From contig JAGLRQ010000084.1 in NCBI GenBank assembly GCA_023136205.1, forward strand, positions 1-29,277: DNA of 29,277 bases, written 5' to 3'. Position 1 is the stretch's first letter. Each line of letters begins with the position of its first letter. This document shows, piece by piece, positions 17,958 through 25,894 of the stretch. The notes below the pieces were generated by a model, which did no database searches, was not told the DNA's origin, and saw only the letters and a program-made list of their open reading frames with translations. The position numbers and the translations under genes were made by a program. Source of the DNA: Candidatus Auribacterota bacterium (GTDB lineage Bacteria; Auribacterota; UBA6266).

Positions 17958-20468
17958 TTATTGCTTTGCTATATTCTCAAATGTCGCACGATAATCTTTT
18001 GAGCTTAAAGCCGTGTCAAAAAGCCCGATGCCTTCGCCTTCATGCTTGTTTATGCCAATATACACCAAACTGGCATCTTCATACCGTTTGAATTTATAGA
18101 CAGCATCGTTCATCAATGCGCTGTTAAACACACCAAGGCTTACAAGCAATTCAAAATCTTTCACAGTCAAACCGGTAACCTTCTTAAAAAGCCCTGGTTC
18201 CAACTGAGTAATTACATCTTTAAGGGTTCTTTCCCGATAATCGGTCAAATACATGAATACCGGGACACGTGTGGCAAATTTAATAAGTTTTTCTTGTATT
18301 TGCTTCCTCAGGCTCTTGTACTTTTTCTCTTCGTCAGTTAGTTCTTTTTTCTCTTTGACTGTTATTTCTCTGTCGCTGGCTTCTTTCTTTACTTTTTTGA
18401 CGGCTTCCGACTTATTAATAATAGTTTCAATATCCTGATTTAGATTTCTGAACCCCTCTATACTCATCAAGGCATTCATGGCATCCTGATTCCCCATCAG
18501 ACGTTGCAATGTATTGTTATCCACATTAACCAATAATGCACTTTCCCAACGCCTTGCCAGAAGCGTTGCAGTCGTTCCGCTCATGGCAATATCCAGAATA
18601 CCAGCGGCATCTATCTGCTTCATAGAACTGCCATCGTAGGCAAGCACAGGAAGAAAGTTTATGAATTCTGCCACCTTTTTTTCGGGATTTGACTCATTCA
18701 CATTCAGGCGGCAACTGTAATCGGCGATCTGCCGTAATGCCCTGTCTGGCGCAAAGTCAAAAATATAACATTCCTGTTTAATGATTTGTTCTCTGTTAGG
18801 CGCGGTGCTGTCCGGATTCTTGATTGTCCATGGTGTTTGTACTCGAAATGCGGCTTGAAAATATGTTTCGGGGCTTGATGAATTGCGAAGCATAAAAATG
18901 CCCGTCCACGGTTTCACAGAAACACCAGTGGTCAGCTTACCGCAGGATAAGGTAATTGTTTTTGTTTTTAGCGGATTATCCATCGCTTTAAATACAGGGG
19001 GTAATGCATCGAGACCGATTCCAGCGCTTGCGCCCGCCGCAACGATAATTTCATAATCATAAAAAAACTTATTCTGTCGCTGTGCCATCAGGTTTTTCAT
19101 GGCGTGGCAGGAAGCAACACTTGGTAAAAACCAAAAAGTGTGAGACAAGAGATTCAACAGGCGAGCGTCTGAAAAAGGCATGGGAGGTTTTTTTGCCCCC
19201 AATTTCAGATTATCAATGGTTGTTGCCAAAAATGAGCCTCTGATTAAATCAAGCCATTTTTGAACTTCATTCTGATAGGTGAACTTTGCTTTCTTTCCGT
19301 TCCCTTCGGCAGAGAAAAAAACATTCAAATCAAACTCGTCAAACTCTCCCTGCGTAACAATTTCACGGATCGAATCGGGCAGTTGATAGGTAAGAAGCAC
19401 CATTCTGGGCAGCGAAGCATATGGATTGTCATCGCTCTTCCACTCCTGTTTTGCTCGTTGTTCATCCGAATATGTCCAGTTATATATCTGATCCTCGATA
19501 AACTCACCCGACGCAATAGCTCTAAATGGAGTGCCGGAAAGATACAAATACGCATTTGTCGTTATGGGCATCATTTCTTCGTCAAAATATTCTATGCCCT
19601 CGCCCTCTTCAAATCTGATTTCCCTACTATCTTCTGCTTCAAAAAGCTCCTTAGCGTTTTCTCGCCAGGCTCCATAGTGATATTCGTCAAACACAACGCA
19701 ATCCCAATTGGTTGCATGGACCCATTCGTTTTTTACCTTAATTCCGCCCGCGCTATTTTTCCCCAGATAATCCTGAAATGAACCAAAACAGACAAATGGT
19801 TTGTTTTTTTTCAGCTCTTTATAACTTAAACCGTTGCGGGAAATAAACTGCCAGCCTTTAAAATCAATGTGGGATTTTAAATCTTGCTCCCATGCGCTTT
19901 GAACCGCTGGTTTAAAGGTGAGCACCAGCACTTTTGACCACTTCATTTTTTTGGCGAGTTGATAAGTTGCAAATGTTTTTCCAAACCGCATTTTAGCGTT
20001 CCAAAGAAAATGGGGGGTCTTATCTGAATTTTCCGTCGTAAAACTTTTAAAGTAGGCGGCCGTTTTTTCAACCGTTGCCGCCTGTTCAGGCCGCATCTTG
20101 AAATCAAGGGAACGGTTTTCTTCATTTAACTCACCGGTTCTAATGGCGATGATAGCTGATTTTATATCCTTAAATTTGCACTTAAACCATTCTCCATCGG
20201 GATTTTTAATACCCTTTTGCCTCAAATACCAGTGAACTTCGTGATCGGTAAAAACACTGCCGTCATTCCGCATAGCAAATTCTTCAAGAACAATCTTGTA
20301 CGGTAGTTTTCCGGGGCGAAGCGTAGGGTATTGTTGTGCCACCCGCGCCTGAACATTTACGGTGGTATAGCCAATTTTTAACAACCCTCTATATTGAGGA
20401 TTCGTATCCTCATAAGCGTAGATGGTCGGCTTAGAATCAGGTCGTTGTGGGAAAAACTCTTTACTCAT
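17958..20468 (-). CDS. GIY-YIG/T5orf172-like domain fused to SF2 (type III Res-like) helicase; putative restriction subunit
   Basis: 836 aa. N-terminal 'IYAYED..x9..LLKIGYT' is GIY-YIG-like. Walker A 'MRFGKTF', 'VVFDEYHYG' (DExH), 'LSGTPF', 'GKLTTGVSV' and 'QAAFRVQ'. The start overlaps the methyltransferase stop (ATGAGTAA). Confidence 0.78.
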   Translation of the reverse strand: MSKEFFPQRPDSKPTIYAYEDTNPQYRGLLKIGYTTVNVQARVAQQYPTLRPGKLPYKIVLEEFAMRNDGSVFTDHEVHWYLRQKGIKNPDGEWFKCKFKDIKSAIIAIRTGELNEENRSLDFKMRPEQAATVEKTAAYFKSFTTENSDKTPHFLWNAKMRFGKTFATYQLAKKMKWSKVLVLTFKPAVQSAWEQDLKSHIDFKGWQFISRNGLSYKELKKNKPFVCFGSFQDYLGKNSAGGIKVKNEWVHATNWDCVVFDEYHYGAWRENAKELFEAEDSREIRFEEGEGIEYFDEEMMPITTNAYLYLSGTPFRAIASGEFIEDQIYNWTYSDEQRAKQEWKSDDNPYASLPRMVLLTYQLPDSIREIVTQGEFDEFDLNVFFSAEGNGKKAKFTYQNEVQKWLDLIRGSFLATTIDNLKLGAKKPPMPFSDARLLNLLSHTFWFLPSVASCHAMKNLMAQRQNKFFYDYEIIVAAGASAGIGLDALPPVFKAMDNPLKTKTITLSCGKLTTGVSVKPWTGIFMLRNSSSPETYFQAAFRVQTPWTIKNPDSTAPNREQIIKQECYIFDFAPDRALRQIADYSCRLNVNESNPEKKVAEFINFLPVLAYDGSSMKQIDAAGILDIAMSGTTATLLARRWESALLVNVDNNTLQRLMGNQDAMNALMSIEGFRNLNQDIETIINKSEAVKKVKKEASDREITVKEKKELTDEEKKYKSLRKQIQEKLIKFATRVPVFMYLTDYRERTLKDVITQLEPGLFKKVTGLTVKDFELLVSLGVFNSALMNDAVYKFKRYEDASLVYIGINKHEGEGIGLFDTALSSKDYRATFENIAKQ

Positions 20469-21975
20469 TGGCCAACTCCATTGGGCGAATCATAGACTCT
20501 ACAAAATCAATTTCTTCTTCGGTTAAATTGTATTTTTTGTAGAGTTTTTTGTCAGTCCAAAGTTCATCAATATTAACGAAAGGAACATAAGCAAATCTTT
20601 CACGCGTTATATCTTGCGAGAATGATAAAAGTGATACCAAAAACCTTACAAATTTAGTTTTCACATACTGCAAGCAATTTTCAGCATTCTGTTTTCGTGT
20701 AAAAGCTCCAAGAATAATGTAAGACTCCGTACAAACATGGTTTGGCTTCAATATTTCGACTCTAGACAAAACTCTTCTGGTTCCGTCTTTATCAGGTTGC
20801 CCTGCGTGATCGTGTGAAGTCTTCGATGTTAACACTTTCCATTTGTTAATCATGTTTTTACCAGCAGTCACTCGTGATGATGAAATTAGACCTTTACCTC
20901 CAGATGAAACTAAATGTATATCGCCGGATCCATCTGGCCTATCACTAGTTTTTAAGCCAAAGGGTCTTGTTGGAGAAATAATTTTAGTAAGCTTTTCTTC
21001 ATTTTTTGAAAAGACTTTTCTCAATATAGACACTGCGGGATCAAAACGAATAAATGTTTTAAATTCATTAAGCGGTCTTCTTGAAATAAACTCCTTGCCT
21101 TTAAATTTATTCACTACTACACAATCGCCATGCCTGTCCTTTTCCCATAAGAAGTAGCAAACGCCACCAGCTATATCCACGCCAGGAAAACACTCGCGTG
21201 CGTCGACATAATCAACAATAGTGCTTATCCTGTCATCATTAATCATTTCTTCCCTAAATTCATTTAAACCCATCCCACCAGCAAACCACCTGGAAGGTAT
21301 AATCATAGCCAAATAACGCGGATTTAACTTCTTTGCCTGACAAACAAAATGCTGATAAATTGGTTTTGCTTGTCTTCCGGGGCCACCAGTATCTAACTGA
21401 TACGGTGGATTCCCAACAATCACGTCAAATTTCATATTAAATATCTCCTCCGGTTTTTTTGTATGGATAAATTGATAAGCATGGGTTTCGAACTCATTGC
21501 TTCGGTCATAGACCTCCTGACTCGCGCCGCAAAATTGGCATTTGCCGTTTAGCCAAGTATGTTTAATCCGCTTAAAGCATATGTTGCCTTGTTTATTATT
21601 GAAATTTTCACAAACAGAGTACTTTCCATTGGCTGTTTTGGAACAGTAAACCGATCTTCGGGAAAGCAGTGAAGTCAACTCCGTTATAGCAATACCGAAA
21701 AGCTGGTTTTTGTAAATATGATTAATCCTCGTCCGCTTATCTGGAATTACCTTTTCTAAACCAAACATTAACCTCTTAGCAATCTCCCTCAGAAATACGC
21801 CTGACTTACAGACAGGATCGAGAAATCTGGCATTCTTATCACTCCAAATTACTTTGGGTAATAAATCAAGAATTTTATTTGCCATTTGCGGAGGTGTAAA
21901 TACCTCATCGCTGCTCAAGTTCGCAAGACAGGTCAGCACATCTGGATTGTAATTATTGCTCTTCAACATCAGCAA
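20461..21975 (-). CDS. N6-adenine DNA methyltransferase (gamma-class, Eco57I/TaqI-like)
   Basis: 504 aa. Motif X 'DEVFTPP', motif I 'FLDPVCKSGVFL' and motif IV 'VGNPPYQ'. A CxxC-containing insert 'CQFCGAS'. TTG at 21975; ATG at 21969 is the more likely start. Confidence 0.85.
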   Translation of the reverse strand: MLMLKSNNYNPDVLTCLANLSSDEVFTPPQMANKILDLLPKVIWSDKNARFLDPVCKSGVFLREIAKRLMFGLEKVIPDKRTRINHIYKNQLFGIAITELTSLLSRRSVYCSKTANGKYSVCENFNNKQGNICFKRIKHTWLNGKCQFCGASQEVYDRSNEFETHAYQFIHTKKPEEIFNMKFDVIVGNPPYQLDTGGPGRQAKPIYQHFVCQAKKLNPRYLAMIIPSRWFAGGMGLNEFREEMINDDRISTIVDYVDARECFPGVDIAGGVCYFLWEKDRHGDCVVVNKFKGKEFISRRPLNEFKTFIRFDPAVSILRKVFSKNEEKLTKIISPTRPFGLKTSDRPDGSGDIHLVSSGGKGLISSSRVTAGKNMINKWKVLTSKTSHDHAGQPDKDGTRRVLSRVEILKPNHVCTESYIILGAFTRKQNAENCLQYVKTKFVRFLVSLLSFSQDITRERFAYVPFVNIDELWTDKKLYKKYNLTEEEIDFVESMIRPMELANE

Positions 21976-22642
21976 CCCTCAGAAAATAAATTAACGGATA
22001 CTCTTTCATAGGCTTGGGGATAAAAACATCGTCTCCGAGATCTGAAAACAATGGCAGCTCTTTTATCGCTGCGTGGTTAAGCAATCCATGAAAAGTAAAA
22101 TCCCGACGCTTAAACATGCTCCCGTTGACAGGAGACCATTCGGAAAAGACGATCGGCTGAAGATTCTTACCCACCGTTTTTAAATCAAGTGCGTTACCCC
22201 AGATAATATTTTTTTCAAGGATGTATTTGATCGCCTTCACGCATTCTTCCTTTGCCGCTTCCTTGTAAAGGTTACCATATCTCTCGTTGAATATATCGAA
22301 AAGTCGGTTTCTGCATTTAACAATATTGTCTTCAAGAATGTCGATTCCATAAATACTGGATACGGCGATAACCGAATATCGCTCATATTCTAACTGGTTT
22401 TTGCCATAGCGGTTTTCAACAACACGAAGTTTTCTATTCAACACTTCTGCCAGAAAATTCCCTGTACCACAGGCAGGCTCCAAAAACCGGGATTCAATCC
22501 TCTCCGTTTCCTGCTTCACCAAATCAAGCATGGCATTCACTTCCCGCTTAGCAGTGTAAACTTCGCCATGATCGGTAACTCTCTTTCGTGAGACAACCTG
22601 CTTTTCTTCCTTTGTTGAATCCATATTTTCAATACTCTTCAT
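21953..22642 (-). CDS. methyltransferase-like protein with SAM-binding half only (no NPPY motif IV)
   Basis: 229 aa. 'GEVYTAKREVNAMLDLV' (motif X), 'EPACGTGNFL' (motif I), 'IYGIDILED' and 'NIIWGNALD'. No [DNS]PP[YFW] anywhere. Overlaps the next gene. Confidence 0.65.
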   Translation of the reverse strand: MKSIENMDSTKEEKQVVSRKRVTDHGEVYTAKREVNAMLDLVKQETERIESRFLEPACGTGNFLAEVLNRKLRVVENRYGKNQLEYERYSVIAVSSIYGIDILEDNIVKCRNRLFDIFNERYGNLYKEAAKEECVKAIKYILEKNIIWGNALDLKTVGKNLQPIVFSEWSPVNGSMFKRRDFTFHGLLNHAAIKELPLFSDLGDDVFIPKPMKEYPLIYFLRVADVEEQ

Positions 22643-22897
22643 GAAAAATTCATGTCAATAATCCCACTTTCACCAGCCCTGTGTGGCTATTGTCGTGTGA
22701 ATTAGGGGCAGACACCTATTTCTTTCCCTCATCTTCTTCTTCCAGCAACTTATCTTCCTTAATTTTCTTACTTACTTTTTCAGCTATCGAGTCGGTTGCA
22801 TCTTCAACAATATCATTCACTGGTTTGAATAACCAGGCGAAGAATCGTTCCACGAACCCAGGTTTCTTGTTATTCACAATACATAATCCCTATTTTT

Positions 22898-23101
22898 TCA
22901 CTCATCCAAAAAATAGCCCGCTGGTTTTTTCAGCGCATTGGCAATTTTAACCAGGGTTTCAAGTGACGGCAACGATGCACCGGTTTCATAGTGGGAAATG
23001 CTTTTTTGCTTAGCGCCAATCTTCCGGGCAAGCTGGGTTTGGGTTAAGTCTTGTTCTATCCGGGCAAGTTTGATTCTTTTCCCTAGCTTTTTTATGTCCA
23101 T
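22898..23101 (-). CDS. XRE-family HTH transcriptional regulator
   Basis: 67 aa. 'LTQTQLARKIGAKQKSISHYETGASLPSLETLVKIANAL' is a textbook Cro/C1-type HTH. Confidence 0.88.
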   Translation of the reverse strand: MDIKKLGKRIKLARIEQDLTQTQLARKIGAKQKSISHYETGASLPSLETLVKIANALKKPAGYFLDE

Positions 23102-23135
23102 GCGATTGCCTTTTTAAAAAAATGTTAAAAAGTTC

Positions 23136-23164
23136 TTGACATGCTATACCTTCCGAGGTATATT
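23136..23164 (+). promoter_or_regulatory. near-consensus sigma70-type promoter TTGACA-17 nt-TATATT
   Basis: Read directly: -35 at 23136-23141 and -10 at 23159-23164. It points toward the 23246 ORF and the recombinase. Confidence 0.5.
23145..23162. promoter_or_regulatory. inverted repeat TATACC-n6-GGTATA inside the promoter spacer; a similar TATACC-n5-GGTTATA lies at 23212-23229
   Basis: Read directly. Candidate operators for the divergent XRE protein. The arms are short (6 bp). Confidence 0.35.
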
Positions 23165-23245
23165 ATATTCATACAAGGGAATATCTACTTAAGTGCTTTG
23201 GATTGATAATATATACCTAAAAGGTTATAAAAGCAAGGTTTTCTA

Positions 23246-23473
23246 ATGGTTAGTGAGAATATGCTGGCGCAAGAAAAAAAGAAAAATTGCCTGAAAGAAG
23301 TTCAAAAGGAAAGTTTTTCATGGGAAGACAATCCCGGTGTCCAAAATCTTCTGGATGTCATTTGTTCTGTCTTAGCGGATGAATATATTGAAACCGTTCT
23401 GAAAAATCCTGAGGTGTTTTCTGAGATTGCTTCGGGCACTTCGTGCCCTCGCAATGACGTAAGGGCAAAATAA
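23246..23473 (+). CDS. small hypothetical protein upstream of the recombinase
   Basis: 75-aa ORF with a weak RBS. The 3' end contains a GC hairpin, GGGCAC-TTC-GTGCCC, at 23434-23448. Coding status is uncertain. Confidence 0.4.
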   Translation: MVSENMLAQEKKKNCLKEVQKESFSWEDNPGVQNLLDVICSVLADEYIETVLKNPEVFSEIASGTSCPRNDVRAK

Positions 23474-23482
23474 GGGCCAAAA

Positions 23483-23836
23483 ATGAGAGTCGCGATTTAC
23501 GCGCGTTATTCTTCCGAGAACCAGAGCGCAAAGAGTATTGATGATCAGATTAGAGTCTGTAAAAGGTACATCAAGGACAATAGTCTAACCGCTGAAGAAA
23601 AGCATATTTATGTTGATGAAGCTATTTCAGGGTCTATTGTTAACAGGCCGGCTCTTCAGGCACTGGAAAAAGCCATGGAAAATAAGGAGTTTGATGCTGT
23701 TGCGGTAGATGATTTATCAAGACTCTCAAGAAGCAATCATCAAATGCTAACAATGGTGCTTAAGTTTAATTATCATCAGGTTAAAATTATCTCTGTTTCG
23801 GATGGAATAATTACAGATGATGAAAATTCTAAACTG
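23483..23836 (+). pseudogene. serine recombinase, N-terminal catalytic domain only (truncated after about 118 codons)
   Basis: 'MRVAIYARYSSENQ..SIDDQ' and 'VAVDDLSRLSRS' are typical of the resolvase/large serine recombinase catalytic domain. Family-like sequence stops at '..DDENSKL', and from 23837 the DNA is the inverted small-gene copy. The annotated ORF runs on to 23905 through foreign sequence. Confidence 0.8.
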
Positions 23837-23961
23837 GGTATCCAGATTTTCTCTACATTTTCAACCAAAAGCGCCTTTTTGGTTTCATGGAGTATTCTAA
23901 CCTGAACCCAAACATATCTTGGTTTTGGATATAGAAGTTTGTAGATGCTAAATGGCCACAT
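23837..23961 (-). pseudogene. 5' fragment (41 codons) of a paralogue of the 9741-9944 small gene, fused to antisense recombinase sequence
   Basis: 'MWPFSIYKLLYPKPRYVWVQVRILHETKKALLVENVEKIWIP', then unrelated residues to a stop at 23776. The RBS is conserved. Confidence 0.7.
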
Positions 23962-23979
23962 AGTATTTACTCCTTTCAG

Positions 23980-24028
23980 AAAAAAGGGACAGTCCACGCG
24001 CTCGCTTCGCTTGCTTGGGACTTTCCCC
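23980..24028 (-). terminator. putative Rho-independent terminator downstream of tRNA-Ser and the repeat
   Basis: The minus strand reads GGGAAAGTCCC-loop-GGACTGTCCC followed by TTTTTT. The stem is about 9 bp with one internal mismatch. Confidence 0.45.
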
Positions 24029-24094
24029 ATTTTCTTTAGCTCCAACACATTTCCACCACATAATTGAGCAAAAAAGGGAATTTTATCTGTAGCG

Positions 24095-24211
24095 ATAACT
24101 GATGTTAGCTGTAATAAGGTAATATTGTATGTGCTTGGAATGTATGGGGTTTGCGACGATTTTAGTGCGTTTGTGTGGATCCTTAAGGGTACGCTTAAAA
24201 GGCTTGGCGGA
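24095..24211 (+). repeat. direct repeat copy 2 (tRNA-proximal att-like site)
   Basis: See copy 1. Its last 7 nt are the 3' end of tRNA-Ser. Confidence 0.85.
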
Positions 24212-24298
24212 GAGGGAGGGATTTGAACCCTCGGTACGAGTATTAGCCCGTACAACGGTTTAGCAAACCGTCGCCTTCGGCCGCTCGGCCACCTCTCC
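24205..24298 (-). tRNA. tRNA-Ser (anticodon GCU), CCA encoded
   Basis: Folded by hand. Acceptor GGAGAGG/CCTCTCC, anticodon stem ACGGT/ACCGT with loop TTGCTAA, long variable arm GTACG..CGTAC, T arm GAGGG-TTCAAAT-CCCTC, discriminator G and CCA. Confidence 0.92.
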
Positions 24299-24433
24299 AT
24301 TGATTTCGTATATAGTATCTAGTATCTCGTGAATCGAAAAAAATAAATCATTTACTATTCAAAACTTAATAACAAATCCTCTAATTCAAGAAGCGATATA
24401 CTACATCAAGAATATGCTTTATGTCAACGATTC

Positions 24434-25699
24434 CTATCCAATGAACGCTAATCCATTCATATAAGGCCTTAACACTTCCGGGACTTCAATCTTGCCATCT
24501 TTAGTCTGATAATTTTCCAGGATCGCGATAAATGTCCGTGGAAGAGCCAGCCCGGACGCGTTCAGAGTATGGACAAACGCGGTTTTTCCTTCTTTGCTTT
24601 TATAACGGATATGGGCTCTTCTTGATTGAAAATCTTCAAAATTACTGCATGAAGAAACTTCCAAATATTCATCATTGCCGGGTGAATAAACTTCCAGGTC
24701 ATAACATTTTGCCGCGGCAAAGCTCATATCTCCTGAAGCAAGTATCCTTACCCTATAGGGCAAATTCAGCTTTTGAAGTATCATTTCCGCGTTGTTAAGC
24801 AGTTTTTCGTGTTCATCATATGAAGTTTCTGCCGTGGTAAACTTAACAAGCTCAACCTTATCAAACTGGTGAACTCTCTTCATGCCCCGCGTTTCTTTGC
24901 CGTATGAACCTGCCTCCCTCCTGAAACACGCCGTGTGTGCTACATGATAGATTGGAAGTTCATCGGCTTTCAATATTTCATCGGAATAAAGATTTGTCAC
25001 CGGCACTTCCCCTGTTGGTATAAGGTAATAGCCGTCTTCTTTTAAACAATACATATCATCTTTTAAATTTGGAAGCTGGCCTGTCCCTGTCATTGCTTTT
25101 TCATTACTCAGATACGGAGGCATTATTTCCGTATAGCCGTTATCCCTAACATGGGTATCAATCATAAAGTTTATAAGAGCCCTTTCCAGAAGCGCGCCCT
25201 GGCCCTTAAACACCACAAACCCGGTCCCGGACACCTTTACAGCCCTTTTAAAGTCCGCTATATCAAGCTTCTCGCAAAGATCCCAATGGGCAGAAGGTTT
25301 AAAATCAAATGTTTTTTTCTTTCCCCACTCTTTTATTGTTTTATTTGCCTTCTCGCCTCCAACAGGAACCGATTTTTCCGGCAAATTAGGGATTCTAAGC
25401 AATAAACCCCTCATATTGTCAGCGATTTGCTCCACTTGTTGGTCTATTTCTTTAATTTTCTGGGAAACCTGCTTCATTTGAGCCGCAATAGCTTCAAAGT
25501 CCTCCCCTTTCGCCTTAGCTCTGCCAACATCCTTAGAAGTGCTGTTCTTTAATGCTTTGAGCTGTTCAACTTCCTTAAGAAGCTCTCTCCTTTGCGCGTC
25601 AAGGCCAAGCAAAGCATCAAGGTCAACATTAACATTCTTCTTTCTGATTCCTTCTTTTACTGTTTCAACATTTTCTCTTATAAATTTTAAGTCCAGCAT
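24434..25699 (-). CDS. serS: seryl-tRNA synthetase
   Basis: 421 aa. N-terminal coiled-coil 'MLDLKFIRENVE..' and class II core motifs ('FRREAGS', 'TLNASGLALPRT'). Confidence 0.95.
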   Translation of the reverse strand: MLDLKFIRENVETVKEGIRKKNVNVDLDALLGLDAQRRELLKEVEQLKALKNSTSKDVGRAKAKGEDFEAIAAQMKQVSQKIKEIDQQVEQIADNMRGLLLRIPNLPEKSVPVGGEKANKTIKEWGKKKTFDFKPSAHWDLCEKLDIADFKRAVKVSGTGFVVFKGQGALLERALINFMIDTHVRDNGYTEIMPPYLSNEKAMTGTGQLPNLKDDMYCLKEDGYYLIPTGEVPVTNLYSDEILKADELPIYHVAHTACFRREAGSYGKETRGMKRVHQFDKVELVKFTTAETSYDEHEKLLNNAEMILQKLNLPYRVRILASGDMSFAAAKCYDLEVYSPGNDEYLEVSSCSNFEDFQSRRAHIRYKSKEGKTAFVHTLNASGLALPRTFIAILENYQTKDGKIEVPEVLRPYMNGLAFIG

Positions 25700-25727
25700 G
25701 ATTTATACCTTTTATGTAGTTAGTATT

Positions 25728-25880
25728 GAGTATCGAGTATATAGTATTGAGTTAAAAACAAATCACAAAATTACCAAAATCCAAAATTATCCCCTAAGGG
25801 AACTTGATCTCCCTTGAAATTATTTCAATTTCTAAGGATTTGCTTTTTTTATTTTAACTACATACTACATACTCAATACG
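25728..25880. repeat. opposed arrays of 7-bp-periodic AGTATnn / nnATACT motifs flanking a ~100-bp hairpin-containing spacer
   Basis: The + strand reads AGTATtgAGTATcgAGTATatAGTATtgAGT (25722-25752) against ACATACTacATACTcaATACgatATACT (25858-25888). The arms are about 20/25 complementary by hand. Spacer hairpins are AAGGGA-n8-TCCCTT and GAAATT-n5-AATTTC. Confidence 0.6.
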
Positions 25881-25894
25881 ATATACTGCTTTTA

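Larger units (their letters stand above)
9415..24211. mobile_element. tRNA-Ser-associated genomic island, probably immobilised, bounded by 117-bp direct repeats
   Basis: Direct repeats at 9415-9531 and 24095-24211. The right copy ends in TGGCGGA, which is the last 7 nt (TCCGCCA) of tRNA-Ser. The interior holds a recombinase remnant, R-M, TA and HEPN/ABC genes and looks more AT-rich than the flanks by eye. Confidence 0.6.

Noticed and set aside
9537-23836. The HTH fragment (9537-9737) and the recombinase N-domain (23483-23836) as two halves of one small resolvase split by rearrangement
   Set aside because: The sizes add up to about 184 aa, which is tempting. But the 'YARYSSENQ..DDQ' N-terminus is the type I associate with large serine recombinases. 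The HTH frame is closed by a TAA inside the repeat in both copies, and no junction restores a continuous frame.
23776-24300. 174-aa minus-strand ORF in the supplied track
   Set aside because: It is a composite read-through of tRNA-Ser, the 117-bp repeat, a terminator-like hairpin, the small-gene fragment and antisense recombinase sequence. It is not a real gene.
25700-25894. T-box riboswitch upstream of serS
   Set aside because: I could not find a T-box consensus (AAUUAGGGUGGUACCGCG-like) or a specifier-loop architecture. At 195 nt the spacer is short and is dominated by AGTAT repeats.
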